Shown: piece by piece, positions 1 to 12,178 of the stretch
Layout of the letters: each line of letters begins with the position of its first letter
How positions within the stretch are numbered: position 1 is the stretch's first letter
Source: Yuukianura sp. NJ FZ-2021
Taxonomy: Eukaryota
Assembly: GCA_046563655.1 (NCBI GenBank)
Contig: CM102288.1
Coordinates: 2,418,001 to 2,482,000 of the forward strand
Length of the DNA: 64,000 nucleotides
Reading direction: 5' to 3'
The notes under the pieces: model-generated
What the model saw: the letters and a program-made list of their open reading frames with translations, nothing else
Told to the model about the DNA's origin: nothing
Database searches by the model: none
Program-made: the position numbers and the translations under genes

Positions 1-763
1 TATGTCGGCTGTTCTTGTGTATGTGATGATGTCAAAATTTGGAAAGTGGCCTGTTGTTGGCTGGTTGCGAATCTTACGATCCTCCAGAACCACGTGGGAT
101 TTTGCCAAAGTGGGGAAGAGTGGTGAAAAGTATTGGCGTTTTTTAGGTTAGGGAGTTTCTGCGTTAGGTTTGGTTCTTTTATAAAAGTAAGGTTAGGGAG
201 TTTCAGCTGTAGCTTTTAAGGTTGGCTGATGCCAAATAGGGAATAAAAGGCTCCTTCACCACCGTCTCTTTCTTTCTTGTTTGCTTTCCTCTGGAAGCGA
301 CTGGATCCGGTAAAGAAAAAAGTTCTGGAGTGAAAATTTTCCACTGAAATTGGCGAATTTCCAGTTAAATTCTATTCATTCCAATTGTGTAACAAAAAAC
401 AACAAGGTTAAGGTAATACCATTTTTCAAATTTTTCACTACTGTTTCCACTTTTTGAAAAAATTTTAACAAAATTTGACAAAAATTAAAGAAAAAACTAA
501 AAATTGTTAAAACGTAAACGCCGCGACATAAAATTTTTAGTTTATGGAAAAAAAATACCTAGGCAGTAAATTTTTTTTTTGTAATTGGCGTCTTACTTTT
601 AAATATTTTTGCCAAATTCTAAATATTGTAGCATTGATTTTTTTTTAGATTTCAGTCATAAATTTTTTTAGTGTTAGTCTAACTTTGTGTTTTTTTATGA
701 AATGTGTTGAAATTTTTTGAGTTTACGACGTGTGTAAAACGTTTTGGTGTTTGTTACAGAAAA

Positions 764-3160
764 ATGGCTCCGACGAGCACAACTACGACGTTGACTCCTA
801 TTCCATCTCAAACCATCTTCCAATCAGAACCAATTCGGCAACGAAATGGCAGTAGAAAAACTACTGGCAGTACCACCAGCACTCCTGAAATTGATGAAGC
901 GACAGTTTTGGATCTAGAAGTTCCCACTAAAATTGTATGGCGAAATGTAGCTCTGTTTGCATACCTTCATGTGGCTGCTGTCTATGGTCTCTACCTCTTC
1001 CTCACGGCTCAAGTCAAATGGCAAACGTTTCTCTTGGGTAAGATTGCATAGATTCAATTAATAATTCATTAATCTAATTAATAATTACAACATTAATCAT
1101 ACAAATAATTAACCCAAACCATCACTTTCGGGTCAAAGGTCACACAGTTGATTTCCCAAAAGCAAAAGCATGAGAGTGGAGAGTGATGAAATGCATCGAA
1201 TTGAGAAAGCATAGAAGTGAGATGTGCAAAAAATAAATTCGCACACTTTCAGCAAAGGGCAAGCGCGCAAAAAATCTCCGTTCCGAGCACCACGTCCTGG
1301 ATATGTGCTTGCTTCAATTTGACCTTGACTCGGTCCTGTTGCGAGCAAAGTTTCTTTTCCATGTTCCAAAAAAGCATTGCGCAATTTAACCAACTTTCTT
1401 TTGCGCTTTTACTTGTTCAAAACGCGAGTCAGTTCAATTCCCAGAAGCTGAGAATTTTGTCTTAATTTGAAAAGAATTAATTAAATAATTACAATTAGCG
1501 AAACCAATTATGGACTTTTTTAACGTTCTTGTAAAACTTTTCCCACATGACGCTTTCACTAGTATGAGAAACTCTCACAAATTATGACGCATTTTGTGGA
1601 AAAATTCAAAGATTTGCACGATTTCGTCAAAATTAGTCAGACATAAGCTATAAAACTGAGGCGATGATTAAAATCGCAAAATTTTAAATTTGCTTTGGAA
1701 AAAGTAAATTTTTGCTAGGTATTTTTTTTTGCATTGATTCTCCGGGTTAAGAAGGAAAGCTATAAGGAAGCGATGCTAAAAATTTTCCATAAACACATAA
1801 AATTTTTGCACAAACATTCTAATTTTGATGTTTTTGGATTCCAGGAACTGTGTATTACTTTATGAGTGGTCTTGGAATTACCGCTGGTTGTCACCGGTAC
1901 TGGGCTCATAAATCCTACAAAGCCAAATTGCCACTCCAAATTCTTCTGACGATTTTCCAAACTGTTGCGTTCCAAAATTCGATTCATGAATGGAGTCGAG
2001 ATCACCGTGTTCATCACAAGTATTCCGAAACTAATGCTGATCCACATAATGCCAAGCGAGGATTCTTCTTTGCTCATATGGGATGGTTAATGGCCAAGAA
2101 ACATCCAGCAGTCAAGGTCAAGGGAGCTGGAATTGACATGTCTGACCTCGACAGTGACCCCATTGTCTCATTCCAGAAAAAGTAAACACAACAACAACCA
2201 TTTAACTCATTAATTTTGCCAAAAACTTTCCTAAAACTAAAATCTGACGAAATCAAGCCAGCAAAAATTCTCAAATTGCTTTTCTCAGAAAAATCCAAGA
2301 AGCTTCATAGCTTACATCCTCATCAATTTCTAAAAGGATCCGAAAACTTTTCAAAATTTTGAAAAAACTACACGAATTTTTTTTTCTTGTGTAGGTACTA
2401 CCTTCAAATGGTCTTCTTCCTGTCTTTCTTCCTGCCCACTCTCATTGCAATGACATTTTGGAATGAATCTTTCACTTCCGCCTGGTTCTTCATAACCCAA
2501 TTCCGATTTTGCGTCATTTTGCATTGGACATGGCTCGTCAATAGTGCTGCGCATATGTGGGGCAATCGGCCGTATGACAAGTAAGTAACAATATCATATT
2601 TCACTAACTGAAGCACTGATTAAAACACAATCTCAAATTAACTTTTGACCTGTAAATCTAATGATGTTTGGGGAAATTCAAGTACAGCGCATGTCCACTT
2701 CCTTCCTAAATATATCAATTGCGATTGAACTAATTTGACCTTTGACCTTAGGTCAATCAATCCATCTGAAAACAAGACCGTTGCAGTGTTGGCCATGGGT
2801 GAAGGTTGGCACAACTATCATCACACTTTCCCCTGGGACTACAAAACAGCAGAATTAGGCAACTACAGATTCAACCTAACAACAGCATTCATCGACTTCA
2901 TGGCAGCGATTGGATGGGCTTATGACCTCAAGACAGTACCAAAGAACTTGGTCCTCCAGCGTATCACTCGAACTGGTGACGGAACCCATGTCAGCCAAAG
3001 TCATGATCACCATGGAGACAGTCACGGTCACCATGGAGACAGTCACGGGCATGTCCATGAAGAAGGAGCACCGTGGGGGTGGGGAGACAAGGACATTCCT
3101 GCAGGAGATGTTGATCTCACACAAACACTCTATAGGCTCAGTAGTACTAGCACTGCATAG
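764..3160 (+). CDS. Acyl-CoA delta-9-type (stearoyl-CoA) desaturase, copy 1; exons 764-1037, 1845-2181, 2395-2580, 2752-3160
   Basis: His boxes HRYWAH, HRVHH and HNYHH; motifs KIVWRNV, ETNADPHNAKRGFFFAHMGWLM, NSAAHMWG and GEGWHNYHHTFPWDYK. All GT-AG junctions join in frame. Confidence 0.95.
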
Positions 3161-3307
3161 AAGACGGCCAAGAGCCAGTAAACAAGAAATAGTTAACACA
3201 TTTGACTAATCTTTGTAACAGTTTAGAACCCAATTTGAAATTAATTGTATGAAATATTAATGTATTTCTACATCCCTGCGACATAACTTATATTTAAAGA
3301 CTTTTAA

Positions 3308-4389
3308 GGGGGGATGGGAGCCAGCGTTTGTTTACGATTTGGTGTTAGCCATTGCCATTAGTAACAAAGCAAAATCACTGCTCAAACTTGCAAAAGTCGG
3401 CACTGTTTCCAATGGTTGACTAATCAAAGCTTTTCGCAGTATAGCAATTCAAACAACCTGGGACTCAACAAACAACTTGTATCCATGGAGACGGCTGATT
3501 TCAGTGCCGACATTTGCGAATTGCTAAATAATGTCAGAATTACATCTATTTTCTCTTATAAGTGTCTACATATCTTCTACATATTACAAGATAATGTGTG
3601 TCCACACCCAATGTTCGGCACTTTTGCTCCACATCCATGCACTCACTCTCCGATCTTTTGGCTTTGCCCTCTGTTATTCCTCCGAGCGAGAATCGGAGAA
3701 GTGCCGAATACTGCTCCCAATGCAAAAAGCATTGGCACAGGGTTTTCCCTCTGTTATTTTCTAATCTAAGTAGGCAATACACAGGCTCTGTGTCTGTCGT
3801 GTCGTATGTGCCCTCTCTACGTGGTGTGGCTAAGTCGGATCTCGGATTCCTCGGATTTCTATCCACCCTCTTTGCGCATGACAATTTACTCATGTTATAA
3901 AACACAAGGGTTGAAGTAAACTAAATACTAACTACCCAATTTTTGTTGGTCGATCTTTTTTTTTAATTTAACGATTGGGATATCGTTTTTTTTTTTTTAA
4001 ATTGATCCGTCAAACTGGTACGTACGCAACAATCAAGAATCTTTGGCTGGCCAAAGGCCAGCCAAGATTCTTGTCTTATTATAAAACCTAAAAATGCGTT
4101 TGAGGTGTCTAAAAATCCGGAAGACCATGGCGGACAATGATCAAGGACCAATTTCCCAAATTTTGGTGTCGTACAATGCTTAGACAAAATTGGACTTTGT
4201 ATCGTATTTTTAGCATCGTTTAGCAGCAAAATATCAAATTCTGACCCCTGATAATTCTTCCTCATGTATCAACGAATTTTTAGAGGTATTGTACAAATTT
4301 CTACGTCATTCCTGTGAGGACTTATAAGGCCTGGAAGTTAACCAATTTGAGCTGAAACGAGACCCCCCGTTGCTAAGGGATATGGGTCC
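3308..4389. mobile_element. About 1.08-kb non-autonomous insertion flanked by duplicated TTAA (Kolobok- or Crypton-like)
   Basis: TTAA at 3304-3307 and 4390-4393, with GG...CC termini. The paralogous copy has a single TTAA at 10734-10737 with matching flanks. Internal GC hairpin at 4034-4073. Confidence 0.75.
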
Positions 4390-5414
4390 TTAATTACAAT
4401 TCGTTCTCGTGTTATACCGGGTGTGTGACTTCTTCCTGACCAAACAGAACAGAGAGGACGAGGTTCGGGTTTTTATAAGTGTGACCTCAACTTAATCACG
4501 AGATTCGGATTTTTAGAGAACAAGAATTTTGGAAAAGAAAATCCTTAAAAAAATTCAAATAAACTTAATCTAAAAGGAAATTCGAAATCCAAAGTGTGCA
4601 GACATAAATCGAAATTGGGTTCTTCGAATTTTTGAGATTAATTTGAACAGCGTTTTTAGGAAATAGAAAGCTGTGACGGATTCGCCCAAAAACAAACTTG
4701 TCGAACAAGGTTTCTGACTTTGAAAATCTAAAAATTATCGAAATTGTGATATTGGGAAGTTTCTCGTCTTCATCTTCACGTCGGTTTCATTTTTCGGAGT
4801 GAAGGAAGCGGGTAGATTTGTGGAAATAATAATACTGCAGCCTCACTCGGTGGATACGGAAAAATTCTCGCCATTTCCAAGATCAAGTATGGTGGGCCCA
4901 TACTTCATCTTGGTTTTTGTCAGTTTGCAATTAAAAAGCTTTTCAATTGCATTTCTACTTCCGTTTCAAATGCGATTCACGTTGGTAAGAATTCAAATTT
5001 GCGACACCATTTTCTAGCGAGTTTTCAAAAGAAATGATCTGTTTATGATTAATTATGAAGTGGTGCTACAAATTTAAAAGGCTAACTTGAAATAATTTTG
5101 GACACAGCTATCCTTGCTGTTTTGTTTCTCTTTCCTGGAAATTGCAAACTACAACATCAGCCTCCCACAAAATGACCTTTATGAGTATGAGTTAATAATG
5201 ACATTAAGATTTTAATTTTACCTAATCAAGCCTAATCAAATTTTTAATGACAAGAATTTCACACTATTTCAACTTGTACAACTAAAGAACTAAACCAATA
5301 GTAAGCCACGTTTAAACTAGTTTTAAATTTTTGATAAGATTGTGTACTACGTTTTCTGTTGCGTATTACAATGAACTGTGGTAACCATTCAGTGAGAAGT
5401 CGCTGACCTTGACC

Positions 5415-5753
5415 TCAACGAATCCAGAGACACCTAGAGAAGCAATGATACCATACTGTACAATCGGAGTCCCTTGTACAAGTCTTGTAACTTTCTCCAG
5501 GTTCCCGGTTAGTTGCGTTTGAAGTCCAGCACCAGTTTGGCGCTCCACTTCCGCAATGGGCCCAGCAGTACCCCCTATTACATCCAGTTTCAAATCTCCC
5601 GGCCGGTTTGTCGACATATCGCTCCAGAACGGCTGTCATTCCTGCTGTAAATCCCGTCCCGGCAGACCCACCTTCTACAGTTTCCCAGAAAGTCACGGAC
5701 AGAAACAACGCCACGGCAATTGCAACTGCAAAGGATCCTGCGAACTTCAACAT
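5415..5753 (-). CDS. Secreted 8-Cys peptide, Tha p 2 allergen-like
   Basis: Single 112-aa ORF with a hydrophobic signal peptide and GCxxGYCWAxC...NWCWT...YxxCxxDSDC...WxxC...C pattern, matching my recollection of Tha p 2. Confidence 0.75.
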   Translation of the reverse strand: MLKFAGSFAVAIAVALFLSVTFWETVEGGSAGTGFTAGMTAVLERYVDKPAGRFETGCNRGYCWAHCGSGAPNWCWTSNATNREPGESYKTCTRDSDCTVWYHCFSRCLWIR

Positions 5754-7932
5754 TTTTCCAAAAGAAATTGAAAAAAAAAACTTTTTGCAAATTTTCTAAA
5801 AAGTCAACAAATGAGCCAAAAGCAAAAGTCTGTTCGTGAAACTTTAATTTTTGGCACTTAAAATGAGTCCTTAAGTACAATTTACACAGCAGCATCGCGG
5901 ATCAGTGTTAAAAGTTATGCAATTTCGTTCACGTCTTGAATTATCTAAGAAATTGTGTTGAAAATGTTAAAAATTAATTTGAACTAATTTTGGACGCGGT
6001 CATCCTTGCTGTTTTCCTTTTCTTCGAAATTGCAAAACTAAAACATTATCTTCCCAGAAAGTGGCGACCTTTTGAAACTTCGTGCGAAAACAAGTTTGAA
6101 ATTCGTGGAATTGAAAAATCGCTTTCAAAATTGTTATTTCCGACGAAACTTTTCTTTTCTCGTTTTCTTTTCATCTTTTCTAAAACGAAAAAGACTTCGT
6201 CCAGCGTCCCTGAAATCGAAATGTACAAAGTTAAAAAATCAAAACGTTACCGTTACCGTTGCCGGAATACATTACTGTTTATGTCAGCTTGAGTTTGGCG
6301 ACAAACTGACTACCACCGGGGATAAAAATAATTTCGTCAATCTGTTAAGAACAGCATCGAAAATCCAAACATACTTTCGGCAACATAACCTATTCTGTAC
6401 TTTTTTTTTGCGAATTTCGTGGCAGTAGCAGCGCTCGAACTTGAATTTAGGAGTGGACTACAGACTGTGTGGACTCTGTACAGTCCAGTGTACAATAAAC
6501 TTGACCAAAATAGACTTATTTATTTGCAAACACGTTGCAATCATGTTGCAATCAGCACAACAGGTTCAAAAGTATACAATTTTTTGAAGAATTGAACACT
6601 CACAGTCCAAATGCTTCCTGTGGAGTCCAACTTAATTCCTAAAAGAGGTGACACAGAGGTCAAAGGATTTTGACAACATTAAATTAGCATTGTCATTACA
6701 CTCACTGGACTTGAATCATCAAAACGTTTGCATGTGCTCAGCAAGTGCACCAGGAAACACCATAACTAACCTACGTGCAAATAACAAAAAAAGGTAGTGC
6801 AAAAAAAAATGCAAAAAAAAAAACCTTTCTCTAAGAACTTGTGCGAATCTGACGGTTGTCGGCTTATGAAAGTCAATGCCACGTCTTCTAGAGGTGGCAT
6901 GGCCTCATCCTCTCTCCTTTTAGCATCACACCATATCTGCAACATTGCAAAAAAAAAAGCTCGCAAAAAATTTGCACTTCCAGACTCGAGTCACCCGATT
7001 CTACACATTTGAACTTTAGTCCTACTTTTAATTGTGTCCGCAGAGTTTAACTAGAGTTAAAGTCCAAGTTAGGCTAGGTTAGCATGAGTGGAGGGGATTT
7101 GCGAATTTGCGAATAATTTGCCAATTCACCCATGCTACTGCTCCTGCCATTCACACGTATGTCGGCTGTGCTTGTGTATGTGATGATGTCAAAATTTGGA
7201 AAGTGGCCTGTTGTTGGCTGGTTGCGAATCTTACGATCCTCCAGAACCACGTGGGATTTTGGCAAAGTGGGGGAGAGTGGTGAAAAGTATTGGCGTTTTT
7301 TAGGTTAGGGAGTTTCTGCATTAGGTTTGGTTCTTTTATAAAAGTAAGGTTAGGGAGTTTCAGCTGTAGCTTTTAAGGTTAGCTGATGCCAAATAGGGAA
7401 TAAAAAGCTTCTCCACCACCGTCTCTTTCTTTCTTGTTTGCTTTCCTCTGGAAGCGACTGCATCCGGTATAAAAAAAAAGTTCTGGAGTGAAAATTTTCC
7501 ACTGAAATTGGCGAATTTCCAGTTAAATTCTATTCATTCCAATTGTGTAACAAAAAACAACAAGGTTAAGGTAATTCAATTTTCCGCATTTTTCACTACT
7601 GTTACCACTTTTTGAAAAAATTTTAACAAAACTTTACAAAAATTAAAAAAAAACTAAAAATTGTCAGAATTAAAAATCGTGTGGCTGAACGTGAATCTAA
7701 ATTTTTCAGCTACCACCCCCAGGCAGTAAAATTTTTTTTGTAACTGGTGTCTTACTTTTAAATATTTTTTCTCCAAATTCTAAATTTTGATCACGTCGAT
7801 TTCGACAATTTTTTTTTGAAATTTGAGTCATAATTTTTTTTAAATGCTAGTCTACCTTTTTTTATGAAAAATGTTGAAATTTTTTGAGTTTACGACGTGT
7901 GTAAATACGTTTTTGGTGTTCGTTACAGAAAA

Positions 7933-10660
7933 ATGGCTCCGACGAGCACAACTACGACGTTGACTCCTCTTCCATCTCAAACCATCTTCCAATCAGAACC
8001 AATTCGGCAACGAAATGGCAGTAGAAAAACTACTGGCACTACTCCTGAAATTGACGAAGCGACAGTTTTGGATCTAGAAGTTCCCACTAAAATTGTATGG
8101 CGAAATGTAGCTCTGTTTGCATACCTTCATGTGGCTGCTGTCTATGGTCTCTACCTCTTCCTCACGGCTCAAGTCAAATGGCAAACGTTTCTCTTGGGTA
8201 ACATTGCATAGATTCAATTAATAATTCATTAGTCTAATTAATAATTACAACATTAATCATACAAATAATTAACCCAAACCATCACTTTCGGGTCAAAGGC
8301 TTGATTTCCCAAGAACTAATCATGACAGTGGAGAGTGATGCATCGAATTGAGAAAGCATAGAAGTGAGATGTGCAAAAAATAAATTCGCACACTTTCAGC
8401 AAAGGGCAAGCTCGCAAAAAATCTCCCTTCCGAGCACCACGTCCTGGATATGTGCTTGCTTCAATTTGACCTTGACTCGGTCCTGTTGCGAAGCAAGTTG
8501 CTTTTCCATGTTCCAAAAAAATCATTGCGCAATTTAACCAACTTTCTTTTGCGCTTTTACTTGTTCAAAGTACGTCAGTTCTACTCCCAGAATTTTGTTT
8601 TGCTGAGAATTTTGTCTAAATTTGAAAAGAATTAATTAAATAATAACAATTAGCGCAACCAACTACGGACTTTTTTAACGTTCTTGTAAAACTTTTCCCA
8701 CGTGACGCTTTCACTAGTATGAGAAAATCTCTCAAATTATGACGCATTTTGTACAAAAATTCAAAGATTTCGTCAAAATTAGACAGACATAAGCTATAAA
8801 ACTGACGCGATGATTAAAATCTCAACATTTTTAATTTGTTTTGAAAAATGTGAATTGTTTACCATTTTTTGCCTTGATTCCTCCGGGTTAACAAGGAAAG
8901 CTATAAGGAAGCGATGCTAAAAAAATTTCCATAAACACATAAAATTTTTGCACAAACATTCTAATTTTGATGTTTTTGGATTCCAGGAACTGTGTATTAC
9001 TTTATGAGTGGTCTTGGAATTACTGCTGGTTGTCACCGGTACTGGGCTCATAAATCCTACAAAGCCAAATTGCCACTCCAAATTCTGCTGACGATTTTCC
9101 AAACTGTTGCGTTCCAAAATTCGATTCATGAATGGAGTCGAGATCACCGTGTTCATCACAAGTATTCCGAAACCAATGCTGATCCACATAATGCCAAGCG
9201 AGGGTTCTTCTTTGCTCATATGGGATGGTTAATGGCCAAGAAACATCCAGCAGTCAAGGTCAAAGGAGCTGGAATTGACATGTCTGACCTCGACAGTGAC
9301 CCCATTGTCTCCTTCCAGAAAAAGTAAAAACAACAACAACTCAAATTTTTGCAAAAACTTTCCAAAAACTAAAATCTGACGAAATCAAGCCAGCAAAAAT
9401 TCTCAAATTGCTTTTCTCAAAAAAATCCAAGGAGCTTCATAGCTTACATCCTCATCAATTTCTAAAAGAATCCGAAAACTTTTCAAAATTTAAAAAAAAA
9501 CTACATTTTTTCTTCTTGTGTAGGTACTACCTTCAAATGGTCTTCTTCCTGTCTTTCTTCCTGCCCACTCTGATTGCAATGACATTCTGGAACGAATCTT
9601 TCACTTCCGCCTGGTTCTTCGTAACCCAATTCCGATTCTGCGTCATTCTGCATTGGACATGGCTCGTCAATAGTGCTGCGCATATGTGGGGCAATCGGCC
9701 GTATGACAAGTAAGTAACAATATCATATTTCATTTTCATGCTAACTGCTAAAAAAAGACTTAAGATGTGCTGAGATCACCGTCAGGTCATTTCGTAATCC
9801 CAAAATTTTGCAATAATTCCTGTCCTGCTCTGTAACTATGCAAAAATTAGCCGAGCTGTGAAGAAAGAGATCATATTACAATGTCACCTCTGGACATGCC
9901 CTCTAATTGAACTCATCTCATGCCGAACTACTTCAACACTTGTTTAGTTCACTTCGCTTTGACACTTATCGTTAATCAAAAAACCCAAGTTATGAGGAAA
10001 TTGTTACTCCGCGGCATTATTTTAACATTGAACTTGACCGTGATGCTTTTTTTAATTTGCGATTCTACGAAATTGCTTAAGCCGAGGTTAATCTGTTGCT
10101 AACTGAAGCACTGATTAAACTACAATCTCAAATTAACTTTTGACCTAAATCGAACCATGTTTGGGGAAATTCAAGTACAGCGCATGTCCACTTCCTTCCT
10201 AAACATATACCATTGTATCAATTGTGGTTGAACTAATTTGACCTTTGACCTTAGGTCAATCAATCCATCTGAAAACAAGACCGTTGCAGTGTTGGCCATG
10301 GGCGAAGGTTGGCACAACTATCATCACACTTTCCCCTGGGATTACAAGACGGCAGAATTAGGCAACTACAGATTCAACCTAACAACAGCATTCATTGACT
10401 TCATGGCAGCGATTGGATGGGCTTATGACCTCAAGACAGTACCAAAGAACTTGGTTCTCCAGCGTATCACTCGAACTGGTGACGGAACCCATGTCAGCCA
10501 AAGTCATGATCACCATGGAGACAGTCACGGGCATGTCCATGAAGAAGGAGCACCGTGGGGGTGGGGAGACAAGGACATTCCTGCAGGAGATGTCGATCTC
10601 ACGCAAACGCTGCATAGGCTCAGTAGTAGCACTGCACAGGAGACAGCCAAGAGCCAGTAA
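7933..10660 (+). CDS. Acyl-CoA delta-9-type desaturase, copy 2; exons 7933-8197, 8987-9323, 9524-9709, 10255-10660
   Basis: Near-identical to copy 1, with the same internal exon lengths (337 and 186 nt) and all His boxes intact. Confidence 0.95.
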
Positions 10661-12178
10661 ACAAGAATTGACACATTTAGTTAATTGACACATTAAATTA
10701 CTTTTTGTAATAGTTTGTAATATTTAATAACTTTTAATTACTCGTTCTCAAGTTATACTTGACCTCCTGACTCCTTCCTGACCAATAAGAGCAGAGAAGA
10801 CAAAGTTATTCGGGCTCTTTAAGTGTAACGTTAACCACGAGATTCGGAATTTTAGAGAACGAGAAAATTTAAAATATACAAGAAATTTGTCAACAAATAT
10901 ATTTCAAAAACTTATCTAAACGGAAATTGTGAATATCGTCGAAAATGTAATTTTGTCGTTTTTAATAAATTGAAAATACTGGCAAGTTTCATTGTAAACT
11001 TGTCTTTAAAATCGGATGTGGAGAATACGAATCTTCAATTTGAAAAAAAAGTTTCTCAGGAAATAGAAAATTTTTCTAAAACTCGGATGTGAGGAACTTC
11101 AATCTTGGATTTGAAAATAGTTTTTCAGGAAATAGAAAAATGTGACAGATTCCTCCGAAAAAAACTTGTTGGAAAAAGTTTTTGATAAAAATCTAAAATT
11201 AGTTTTTGAAATCGTGTCATTGGGAAGTTATCTTCACGTTGGTTTCATTTTTCGGAGTGGTGGAGGCGGGTAGATTTTTGGCAACAAGAATACAACTTAA
11301 ATCTTCCGAAAAAAAAAATACAGCTTACTAGTAAGCGCTGTTTTCTAAAAACGGCTTTCAGCGATTTGCCAAATTTCTAAATTTCTTCACTTGACTTCGA
11401 AAGGTTCAAGGAGGAAGTGCTTGTCGCTCTGCCACTTTGCAAACTTTTGCAAAAATCATAAGGTATGTAAAATTCATAAAATTTTTCAAAATCTTTAACT
11501 TCAAAGAAAATGGAAACGCTAAAATTCAAAATTCGAAATCCAAAAGAAAACTTACTTCTATTTGCATTGTCGCTTCTATTAATTGCTTGCGAAAGATACA
11601 ATGCAACTATTGAAAATATTGTGAACTGGAAAGAGAAAATTTTGCATTAAAACTGAGTGGCAGCAAAACAAAATCAAAAAATCATTTTTTTTTCAAAATA
11701 CAGACGGAATTTTGGAAATTCGAAATTTTTTGTTACAGTTTTACAACAAGTGGGTGGGTGAAAGTGATTTATGGAGGAAACTGGCGCTGGAAGCGTTCCC
11801 ATTTCAGCACCACTTTTTTCATAACTGAATTTTTGCACATCCTCAAGTAGCAAATCGCTTGCGTTTCCGAAGATTATACAACATTACGCGTTGTGCCAAT
11901 TTTTTTTGTCTCAAATTATTGGCACTCCGTGTCCCACTTTATTTTTGCTCCACGATGACTCAATCTACTTTTAGGAATTTAACGCAAACGCCTTCGCTTA
12001 GCTTCCTGGATTCACTTTTTAGGAAATTAATGTCTTCAACGCGTGTTTCCTTCAAGAAATTTTGAAATCTGAAAAGATATATTTAAAACTTGTCAAAGTT
12101 TAAAAATTCACATTGCAAAATTAATGACTCGGTGAATGATTTGTAGACAGCAGAAGAGCAAAAATCAAAAACTTGGCA

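Larger units (their letters stand above)
1..4870 (+). repeat. Segmental tandem duplication, unit 1 (paralogous to about 7158-11290)
   Basis: Base 1 onward matches 7158 onward (tatgtcggctgt...). Promoter, exons, introns and 3' flank align (e.g. ttcctgacca at about 4432/10775, tttcatttttcggagtg at about 4785/11243). End points are approximate. Confidence 0.9.

Noticed and set aside
3546..3905. ORF in the TTAA insertion with EPVYCL…GITE, faintly like a PHD finger or transposase fragment
   Set aside because: Most required Cys/His ligands are missing and there is no catalytic domain, so it cannot be supported.
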